A stretch of 64,000 nt of DNA from the NCBI GenBank assembly GCA_964188305.1, contig OZ076888.1; one strand, 5' to 3'. The notes below the pieces were generated by a model. It worked only from the letters and a program-made list of their open reading frames with translations. It did not search any database and was not told the origin of the DNA. Below, piece after piece: positions 52,431-61,961 of the stretch (positions are counted from its first letter, which is position 1; each line of letters begins with the position of its first letter). The translations under genes were made by a program, and so were the position numbers. This stretch comes from Podarcis bocagei (lineage: Eukaryota).

Positions 52431-53036
52431 CAAGGCTGGGTGTGGAGATTTTTGCAGCAAATGGTTTGAAGTGGAGTTTATTTGATTGCTCTACACCAGA
52501 TCTCTTTCTCCACGTATCATATTGAACTGAATTATTATAAATAGCAGCCTTGAGCAGAAGCTATTTTTTCTTGAAAATAGGGCCAATTCAGTACAGTCCC
52601 AAACACACTTTAGGGGAAGAGGTAAAAAAATCAGTTTCAAAGAAGTGAGACTTCTTTCTGGGCCTCTGATCACCCATCAGGAACCACATCAATAGGAGTA
52701 GTCTTTAAAGGACAGAATATAGTTGTGCTGTTTTTATTTTAATTTTAAGTCATTCTTGTTTTGACAATTGAAATCGATTGGAATGGTCAGAGTAAGTGTT
52801 TCCAGGATCCAAACGATAAACAGAACCACATGAGCTGGTTGATGGGATTCCATATGACATAAGCAGCTGTCTAAACTAGAAAGGCCTCTTTCCAGACAAT
52901 GAAGTATGTGCCATGCCATGCTGACTCCGCTGTAATAGGTGGTGACTTCACTGAAGTCAACGATTACCCATCTGCATGGCTATTTTGGCAAATTGGCTTT
53001 GCTAGGATTGTGTGTGAATTGGTCTATTCTGTAAAC

Positions 53037-53304
53037 CAGAGATGGGGAACCTGCAGCTTCCAGATGTTGTTGGACTCCCATCTTCCCCAGCCAGTGTGTC
53101 CAGAGATGCTAGGACAGGAATCCCCAACCTGTGGCCCTCTAGATGTTTTGGCCTACAACTCCCATGATCCCTAGCTAACAGGACCAGTGGTCAGGGATGA
53201 TGGGAACTGTAGTCCAAAACATCTGGAGGGCCAAAGGTTGGGAATTCCTGTGAGAGGAGGTGTCACCCAGCAACATCTGGAGGGCCACAAGTTCCCCACT
53301 TCTG
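53037..53304. mobile_element. Short hAT MITE with a second MITE (53115-53250) nested inside
   Basis: Outer TIRs CAGAGATGGGGAAC / GTTCCCCACTTCTG; inner TIRs CAGGAATCCCCAACCT / AGGTTGGGAATTCCTG with imperfect TSD TGCTAGGA / TGAGAGGA. Confidence 0.78.
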
Positions 53305-53405
53305 TGAGTGCAAAAAGAGATTGATTGGAGCACACATAATTTTCATATTTTCTTTTCAGCATAAAGAGAAACTTTTCAACACTTTTCAACATTTGTTGCT
53401 TAAAC

Positions 53406-53541
53406 CAGGCTCCCTCAAACTCGGCCCTCCAGATGTTTTTGGCCTACAACTCCCATGATACCTAGCTAGCAGGACCAGTGGTCAGGGATGATGGGAATTG
53501 TAGTCTCAAAACATCTGGAGGGCTGAGTTTGAGGAAGGCTG
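53406..53541. mobile_element. Short hAT MITE (136 bp)
   Basis: TIRs CAGGCTCCCTCAAACTC / GAGTTTGAGGAAGGCTG; perfect 8-bp TSD GCTTAAAC; fold-back interior (ctacaactcccat / atgggaattgtag). Confidence 0.9.
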
Positions 53542-54074
53542 GCTTAAACAATGATATAAGAAAGATTGACATGGGGATCTGCTGCCCCTATGGATCCTGT
53601 CGCCTGAGGTGGTCAGCTCGCCTGGCCTCATGGGTTGTCTGGCCCTGAACTCAAATTCCCATCAGCCTCAGCCAGGAGGCCAGTGGCCAGGGATTACAGT
53701 CATGGATGATGGGAGGTGTAGTCCAACAGTATCCAGAGGGTCACAGGTTAGACTCTGGATTTAATGGATGGAGAGGGGCTCTTGATTCCGGATTTAATCT
53801 TATGGAGGTAACGTGCATCCTTAGATGGTACCATCCTTAGATAGTAACATGCATCAATTCACTTTATTGCTGCTGCTCCCTCCTTCTGCTGAGTGGAGCC
53901 CCAAGCCTCTGTCCCAAGGTCCGAGGCCCAGCTGTACTACTGCTTGGATGTGTAACAAGTGTGGATTGCACAAGCCTGTAAGGAATATTCACTGTTGCAA
54001 TTGGTAGCCCAAGGCAGTTGGGATGAGGAGCCATTTTTTAAATAAGTAATTTAGCCCCTTACTGTAGCTCTGAT

Positions 54075-54199
54075 CATGGGTGTAACTAAGGGGGACAGCT
54101 ATATCCTCAAATATTATTATTATTTATTATTTTATTATTTCTTAAAAAAAAAAAAACTTTGGCTGTCCCACCTCAACAAAAATCCTGGCTATACCCATG
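54075..54199. mobile_element. Short hAT-like MITE
   Basis: Imperfect TIRs CATGGGTGTAAC / GCTATACCCATG. Confidence 0.55.
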
Positions 54200-54374
54200 G
54201 CTTTCACCAAAACTATCACCTCAACAATTTCTTATGGATGCTCATGTTTTCCAGGCCAGGTTGGAATCAAAAAATGATTCCAGTTACAGATAGGTAGCCG
54301 TGTTGGTCTGCCATAGTCAAAATAAAAAAAATCCCTTCCAGTAGCACCTTAAAGACCAACTAAGTTAGTTCTTG

Positions 54375-54412
54375 GTATGAGCTTTCGTGTGCATGCACAC
54401 TTCTTCAGATAC
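54375..54412 (-). ncRNA. Minimal type-I hammerhead ribozyme motif (Penelope-associated), core intact
   Basis: Reverse complement reads GTAT-CTGAAGA-A-GTGTGCATGCACAC-GAAA-GC-TC-ATAC: stem I GTAT/ATAC, CUGANGA box, palindromic stem II, GAAA box, AGCT palindromic stem III, UC cleavage site. Confidence 0.7.
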
Positions 54413-54607
54413 ACTGAAACAGAAGTTGCCAGACCCTTCTATATAGTGAGAAGGTGGGGAGGGGTATTACTCAGAAGGGTGGTGGGAATGGGCCAATCTC
54501 CCATTCCCACCACCCTTCTGCCAATCTCCCATTCCCACCACCCTTCTGAGTAATACCCCTCCCCACCTTCTCACTATATAGAAGGATCTGGCAACTTCTG
54601 TTTCAGT

Positions 54608-54645
54608 GTATCTGAAGAAGTGTGCATGCACACAAAAGCTCATAC
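54608..54645 (+). ncRNA. Hammerhead ribozyme motif, sense copy with G12>A in the GAAA box (probably inactive)
   Basis: GTAT-CTGAAGA-A-GTGTGCATGCACAC-AAAA-GC-TC-ATAC; A at 54634 where the other arm gives G. Confidence 0.62.
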
Positions 54646-54886
54646 CAAGAACTAACTTAGTTGGTCTTTAAGGTGCTACTGGAAGGAATTTTTTTATCAA
54701 AAAATGATGTGAGTTTTCTGGTTCCCCACAGCTTGAAAACTCTAACAATGTTATATTTGAATTCTAATCACAATGTGTGTGCCTGCCTGACTTTGACGCA
54801 CAAGTGGACTCTGTCTTAAATGGCTTGTGGGTGTCATGCCAAAAAAAGGGGGTATTTAATCTCTCTCCCAATGGCTTATCTTGCAG

Positions 54887-55450
54887 GAGTCTGCGATTGA
54901 ATTGATCTTTGCTGCTTTCTTCACCACTGCCAGTGCTACTACTTCCATGATCCTCCTGTTGCTGAAACACCCCTTGGTCATAAAAAAGATTCAGCAGGAG
55001 CTGGTGTCCCATGATCTCACCGGGCAGTGTCATTGCCTCGCTGCAGGAGATTCTCTGAGAAACCATCAGTCTTGCCCAGAGACTCTGGTCATCCATGGAA
55101 AAGACAACAAAGACAGGGATTCCAATCCGCCTCTTCCTCCCAGGCTGGAAGGAGAAGTAGACAGAGAGACAAAGAGGGAAGTCAGAGTCCCTAAGTTGGG
55201 TCCCATTGCTAGAGCAGCCCAAGGAACTGTCCATGAGACTACAAACTGCCCTTGCTCTGCAGCCAAACAAGAAGAAGCAAACCAAGTCCTTGGCGAGCTG
55301 GAAAGACATGAGCACTATTGTCAGTCTTACTTGACACTGGAGAAGATGAGCCGTCTGCGGTACTTGGATTGCGTCATCAAGGAAGTGCTGCGTTTGCTGC
55401 CCCCAGTGTCCGGAGGCTATAGGACAGCCTTACAAACCTTTGAACTGGAT
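54887..55450 (+). CDS. CYP26C1: CYP26C1 coding exon 5 (564 nt, with long J-K region insertion)
   Basis: ttgcAG|GAG TCT GCG...CTG GAT|GTgagt; I-helix [12 protein letters not shown] (C1-type; B1 has AAYATT, A1 GGHETT) and K-helix KEVLR; open frame throughout. Confidence 0.95.
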
Positions 55451-55951
55451 GTGAGTTTTGCGGCTTGCTGTGTGGGTTGCTTTTGTGGAAGTGCATGGAA
55501 TTTGGGCTGGGTTGAGTTGGGTTTCACAAGGTTAGTCTGACCACTTCACAGGGGCAATGGCAGCTACCTTGGGAGCCATGGGAAACACCCTCCTTTCCCA
55601 GTGATGCTATGTGTTTATCCTACTTGGGGACAGAAGATGTTGCAAGAAACAACAGGGGCACTTGGGGTTCACAAGTTAGAAACCTAATGGCCCCTGGGGT
55701 TTGCTGTGGGAAAGTATGATTGATAGAGTGCAGAAACTAGAATTGGGGGGGGGGGCAGGGAAGCATGGGAGAGATACAATGAACAGGAGACCCCGGTAGT
55801 GGATAGGTAACTGGGACGTCTTGTGAGAATGAAAGCAGTTGTGAAGAAGGTCCTATTAAGTTTCAGTGAATAAACCATAGAACTGATTACTGAGACAGGT
55901 GCCTCAAGAGATAGACAGCTGGGGATTGGTAGGGTGCAATTGTTCAGGTTT

Positions 55952-56332
55952 CGGGTGGCGCTGTGGTCTAAAACACTGAGCCTCTTGGGCTTGCCAATCA
56001 GAAGGTCGGCGGTTTGAATCCCCATGATGGGGTTCAGCTCCCATTGCTTGGTCCTAGCTCCTGCCAACCTAGCAGTTCAAAAACATGCCAAAAGTGCAAG
56101 CAGATAAATAGGTACCACTCTGGCAGGAAGGTAAACGGTGTTTCCGTGCGCTGCTATGGTTTTGGTGTTCCGTTGTGCCAGAAGCGGCTTAGTCATGCCG
56201 GCCACATGACCCAGAAAAACTGTCTGCGGACAAACGCCGGCTCCCTCGGCCTGTACAGTGAGATGAGCGCCGCAACCCCAGAGTCATCTGTGACTGGACT
56301 TAACTGTCAGGGGTCCTTTACCTTTACCTTTT
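55952..56332 (+). mobile_element. Sauria SINE, near full length
   Basis: gggtggcgctgtgg head, ctcctgccaacctagcagttc, gataaataggtacc, ggccacatgacc, (ACCTTT)n tail. Confidence 0.9.
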
Positions 56333-57675
56333 ACCAAAATGAATATGGCCACCCTGGATGTTCATTAGACCAATTAGCAGGATTGCTGCCATTACAAGTA
56401 TTGCAATTGGAGCATCTATTGTGGAGACTAGTAGTTGGCAATGGAAGCTGTGCTTGGAGAATGTTTAAAGATTCATAAGCTGAAGGATTGCTGCAAGTGT
56501 GTTCCCTACAAAGTACTTGATTTAACATTAGGGTTAAAAGGGACCTAACTCTCCATAGCTGCAACAAACTCCTCATAGTTATAATTTTCTAGGTGATTTC
56601 ACCTCAAGCTGTGGCTCACAGAACTACCAAACTGCTCTTTTAATCAGCTCAGATACCATTTCAAGTAAACTTGATTGAAGGCATGAAAGAGGAAATTGCT
56701 CCCTTTACAAAAAAAAACCCCAAAACATTCATGCCAAAGCAATGACCTCTTGTGCAGGACATAGAGTACTAGTCTCATTTATATATTTAAATAAACTCCC
56801 AGAAAAGTGTGGGCTCTGGATCAAGCCTCATCTTGTTGTTGTTATAGCATCAAATAGAAGGTGCCGTCCAGTATGTATTTATTTAGCAAAATGTACATAC
56901 GACTTGATTGTCACAAAACCTCAAAGCAATAAATAGCACAACATGCTTGTTAAGTTGCTTTTGGCTGCCTGCATGTGTGCCGGTAGGAGAGAAAGTGTGA
57001 TAATGTGCATCCGAAAGTTGTACACCCCTTGAAAATTAACATAGGCTGTTGACCCATCTGGTTGGGCTTCAAGCAAAGGTCTTCCCCAGCCCTGCTGCCT
57101 GAAATCACTTTTTAGTTATGCCTCACCGATAATGGGAGCTGTCACACTGCATAAGAATTAAATTATGTGCCAAATATTGTAAGCATTGCTGCCGAGTAGT
57201 CTTTAGGTGCTGTGTCAGCTAGATTTATTCTTGTCTGGCTCTTACACTGTTAGGATTAGCATGCTCTCAAGGTGTTGCAAGACCCACACCCTTCATCAAA
57301 GATAGAGGTCGATGTGGTGGGGGGAAATTAACAGGTTTTCTGTCAAATATTTGTTGCATACCCATTTCTATTCGACTGTTAAACGGGATTTTGAATACTT
57401 CAGTGTACATTCCCTGAAGTTGTAATTCACACATCACTGAAACCATGGTATTTCTGCACCGCCCATTATAGGTCTCTTAACATCTTAATAGGCTTGAGCT
57501 TCTGCTCAAGGGTAATGGTACGGGGGAGTTGAATTTGTGAGGTTTCCTCAAAGATGGGGGTCTGTCCTTGTGGATGCTCTAGTAGAGAAGTCGCTTCCTT
57601 TCTCCTTCCCTCTGCAGGCTGCCCTCTGCAGGTTGCTGTCTCTGGTGCTGATTTTGTTCTGTCTCCCTCCTGCAG

Positions 57676-58074
57676 GGCTGCCAGATTCCCAAGGGCTGGA
57701 GCGTGATGTACAGTATTCGGGACACGCACGAGACCGCCAGCATCTATCAGAGTCCACCAGACATGTTTGACCCCGAGCGGTTTTGGGTGCCACAGGAGGA
57801 ACGGGAAGAGCACAAAGGAGCTGGCCCCGTCCGCTTTCACTATATCCCCTTTGGTGGGGGAGTCCGAAATTGCATAGGCAAAGAACTGGCCCAGATGGTC
57901 CTCAAGTTGCTTGCTATTGAACTGGTCAGCACAGCCCGCTGGGAGCTGGCCACAGCACACTTCCCTAAGATGCAAACGGTGCCTATTGTGCACCCGGTGG
58001 ATGGCTTGCAGCTCTATTTCCATCCTGTGAAGCAGGGAAGAGAAAGCAGCGGAACCAGCAAGACAGAGACTTGA
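57676..58074 (+). CDS. CYP26C1: CYP26C1 coding exon 6 (terminal)
   Basis: cctgcAG|GGC TGC CAG ATT CCC AAG GGC TGG; FDPERF and heme-ligand motif [11 protein letters not shown]; ends ...TET*. Six exons total 1857 nt = 618 aa + stop. Confidence 0.97.
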   Translation, partial: GCQIPKGWSVMYSIRDTHETASIYQSPPDMFDPERFWVPQEEREEHKGAGPVRFHYIPFGGGVRNCIGKELAQMVLKLLAIELVSTARWELATAHFPKMQTVPIVHPVDGLQLYFHPVKQGRESSGTSKTET

Positions 58075-58307
58075 GAACCATAAACCTCACACGCAATTCC
58101 AGCTGAGGATTGTGGCAGAACATGTTTCTAGGACAAAACATCCGTCCTCTCCCAGTGTAGGTTTTTTTCAGCTGGTGCAAGCCCATTCCCTGTCTGTTGG
58201 TTGTGGGAGGTGAAAGGATGAAGTCCCTGCCTATGGTCCTTAATGGGCTGTGAGTTTCCTATTAGCATCCATTCAGAGACATGCATCTTTCTTAGTTGCA
58301 CTTTTTG

Positions 58308-58310
<3 letters not shown>

Positions 58311-58356
<46 letters not shown>
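58311..58356. repeat. (TG)23 microsatellite in presumed CYP26C1 3' UTR
   Basis: Perfect dinucleotide run 237 nt after the stop codon. Confidence 0.95.
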
Positions 58357-58357
<1 letters not shown>

Positions 58358-60359
58358 TGCCACTTTGGGATCTGGTTAGAGAAATCACGGTCCAAAGTTA
58401 GATGTCTCAGAACGAATCCTAGGAAACATTGTTGTCAGTTTTCTATAAGGAGAAGCAAAGGATGTGTAGGTCAAGTAGGGCTTGTGTAGGTTAAGTAGAG
58501 GGTTTGTTACCTGAGAGTGTTCTGCATTGATAGTAGACCTAACCTGTTCCTGGAACAGATTCTTTAGAGCTCCTTGCAGTTTAGGATAACAGCTCCTCTG
58601 TTATCACAATGTAGTGGTGGGTCTGTTTCTGATGGGAAGGAAAGTCAATCAACCACTTGCCTGCCAAATAGATCTGCTGTAAGTATATTGCAAGGCAGGC
58701 ATGGGAACTGTCACATGAGTGGTGGTGGTAGTGCCTATCAGAGGGCAGGTGAAGGAGAAGATGGTATGTGGATACATATACAGGTCTACTCAGGTGGAGT
58801 TCAATGGCACTGACTCCCAGGTTAAGTGTGCCTGGGTTTGCAGCCTGATTTATCTGCCAGACTGCATTGCTATGGTCTGGTCTTAATTTCACACCATTTA
58901 AAAATGCAGACTAGTTATGGATTTGGGATGCTAGGCTGTTAGGAGAAATATGGGGAGGATTTCTTAGGTATGGTTTGCATCATGCATACATGTTTTTCGA
59001 TTTCTTATTTCTTCATACTTCATAGCTGAATGTATGAGCCAACTCCATTGAAAACATTGAGGTGATATATAGATCCTATTTCTGGCATTCTGACCTGTGA
59101 TGGCTCCTTGGTAAATTCAAGTCATTAGGCAATGATCATGCACTTAATCAAGCTTCACTTGGTCATTGGTCTGCTCAAGATGCTCTCTAGAAGCTTACAC
59201 CAAACTGCCAACAGGGTACAGTTCCCACAATGATGGCACTCTGCCCCCCCCAAACCCCCCAGATAAAATAGCAGTGGTTGGGTTTAAATTAGTTCCAACT
59301 CACAAAGCAACTGGTTTGTAGATTGTGGCTTATGAGTACATACCTTTAATTCTGTACCCCTGTTCATTATAGGCCAATGCTGTGTATTATATAAAATCTC
59401 TTATTCCTGAGAGGTGTCTTTGAAGTCCAATCTTTTGGCTCAAGAGTGCTTTTAGTGCTCCTCTCCAGCTGATTATGAAAGCACTTCATAGAAATGGGGG
59501 AAAAATGTGAGTGGGTTATGCTGCTGGTGTGAGCCAAGGAGGAGTGGATAGTGGAATTGTAGAAGCGGTAAGTGTGGTTAATTTCAACCTGTGGGCAGCT
59601 CCCATGCAAATGTCCAAGTGTGTAGGATGCTGCTTTAGTGACATGGGTTGGACAAGATGTCTTGGTAGCTTACAATATTGCAATAAGCATCTTCCGTTTC
59701 CGATGGAGATCTGCTTAAAGCTACTGCTAGGAATTGCCATCTCTAGAGGCCCATGGGTTGTGGCATTTAGGATGATTTGAGAAGAAGAAAACCAGGCTGC
59801 TGGCTGTGAATTAGAAACTCAGAAAGAATTTTTTTTTTTTTAAAGGAAACATGCAGGCGATATGAATCTGTGATGTGCAGGGCTGCAATGGGCATTCCTA
59901 TTACTTGTAGACAGCAAGAAATACTGTCTTGTTAGGGGCTTAGTTCTTGCTGTACACCTGTACACACTTCACATTTCAGGTGGGGGCTACTTGATTAAAT
60001 GCTATTCCATACAACAACAAAGCAAAGCAAAAAACTGGCATGCCTGATAGAAAGCTAGCCTAGAACGCTTGTTTTTGACATGTCAATGTTCTGTGCACAT
60101 GACTTTTTTTGAATTAAGGAACTTTTCATCATGTGGGCTCCCCCTGCCAGCAGTCTGAAGTAGTGCATTCCAGGCACATGTTTGCCACCTCCTTGAGAAC
60201 AAGGCCTTCCTTATAAGCAGCACTTCAAAGGTGTCCTTGTAATTCTGTCTTCCCTTAGGATGTATACACCTCAAGTAGCCTAGATGCATCAGATGTTGTA
60301 TAGTGGTGTTGTAGGTTCAACATTGTACTGTGGTGACCACCATGCTGCTACAGACTAGC

Positions 60360-60365
60360 AATAAA
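60360..60365 (+). terminator. Candidate CYP26C1 polyadenylation signal
   Basis: First AATAAA I found after the stop codon (ATTAAA also at 59994). Confidence 0.4.
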
Positions 60366-60867
60366 CATTTGAGGTAACTTTGCTGTAGAGAACATAGCCC
60401 CCAGGTGAAATTCTGTACAAGTTTTCACCAGGGACAAGATCTTTCAGGAATGAACAGTGTCAGAAAGATGTCCTGTCCAGTTTTGTTTATTAAAAATGTT
60501 TGTCATGACACACCGAGTAGTTGAGAGCTGGACTTGCCTTGGAGCATTCCGATAAGAACTTCACCTGGTTTTTGAGCCAGAACACCCATTAACCCTGCCA
60601 AAATCATGCCTTAGGAAACACAAGAACACAAGAAGAGCCCACCAAAACAGGCCAATGGTTCATCTAGTCCAGCTTCCTGTTCCCAGAGCGGTCAACCAGA
60701 TGTATTCCCTTCCCAGGGAAGACCTGAGAAATAATCTGTTAACAGTGGCTGACATTCACAAAAATGATTCTTGTTGTACACTGACAAAGCAAGAGGATTT
60801 TAGTTTGAATCAAAAGTACTACGAGAAGGAAAGTATGGCTGATTGCCTTCTAGCATAGCAATTATCA

Positions 60868-60953
60868 CTGCAATCCTAACCATGTGTTCTCAGAAGTAAG
60901 TCCTATTGAATTAAATGGGTCTTATGCACAGGTTAGTTGGGGCTGGATTGCAG
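60868..60953. repeat. Representative of an abundant ~80-bp fold-back interspersed repeat
   Basis: Termini CTGCAATCC / GGATTGCAG, core agaagtaagtcctattgaattaaatgggtctta; many degenerate copies across the window. Confidence 0.75.
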
Positions 60954-61719
60954 CCTTAATTCTCAAAAAAGCCCATCTATCATTGCAGCAATGACTAAGG
61001 CTGAAAAATTTGGTCTTCTAAAGACCATTGGTGTGATTTATTCTCAACAGAAAACAACATTTTAAATTATTCTGACAACTATTGAAATTAGTTCAGGTGT
61101 TCACAGGACAGTCTGTGTTAACAGCAGAAGGGCACATTCTCCCTTATGTGAAATATGAGGAAATGCAGCTTTTAAAATATTGAACCTGTTAGGTTGCATC
61201 AGGGGCACCAAGTCCCACCCACACTCAATCTAACCTTTTTTTCTTTTCTGTATTGAGATCTGAACATCCTGGCCCATCCATCTACACTTTCTCTGTTGTT
61301 GGCAGCAAAGCTAAAGTTTGGATTGCCCCAAAGTGGAGCTCACCAAATTAAAGTTGTAGGACTAAGCTGGAGGCTTTCCTCCTTACGAAGAGACCATCTA
61401 CTGAGTATATCAGAGATCTTGATAGCTCAGCATTACAACCTTCAAAATACAGAGCAGCATGCCTATTAGTGTCCTATGAAAGAAGCCCTCAGGTTGCAAT
61501 CTTAGACGCCCTTACGTGGGAATAAGTCCCATTGAACTCAGTGGGACCTGGAAGTAAGCCAGAGTGGGGCATCTCCCAACCTGAGGGCCACACTCCTTCA
61601 TGGCGAATATTCTGGGGACCACATGCCAGTGCTGGGTGAGGCAAATGTAGACAGAACAGCAGACATGACCTTTAACTTTGTACAGTAGGCCACAGTCCTC
61701 CCTGCAAAAGCCATGGGTA

Positions 61720-61961
61720 CAGTGGTACCTCGGGTTAAGAACTTAATTCGTTCTGGAGGTCCGTTCTTAACCTGAAACTGTTCTTAACCTGAAGCACCAC
61801 TTTAGCTAATGGGGCCTCCTACTGCCGCCGCGCCGCCGCTGCACAATTTCTGTTCTCATTCTGAAGCAAAGTTCTTAACCTGAAGCACTATTTCTGGGTT
61901 AGTGGAGTGTGTAACCTGAAGCGTACGTAACCTGAAGCGTATGTAACCCGAGGTACCACTG
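61720..61961. mobile_element. Tc1/mariner (Tigger-like) MITE, inverted relative to 10145-10367
   Basis: TA|CAGTGGTACCTCGGGTTA...TAACCCGAGGTACCACTG|TA. Confidence 0.9.

Larger units (their letters stand above)
54279..54695. mobile_element. Penelope-like element terminal (pLTR) inverted-repeat insertion
   Basis: About 170-bp inverted arms 54322-54492 / 54528-54697; 13-bp TSD ATCAAAAAATGAT (54266-54278, 54696-54708); reptile Penelope end motifs gtagccgtgttggtctg and ggtctttaaggtgctac. Confidence 0.88.

Noticed and set aside
46085-58074. Alternative identity as CYP26A1 or CYP26B1
   Set aside because: AAFFTT I-helix, GETLHWLVQ, six coding exons and position directly after EXOC6 all indicate CYP26C1.
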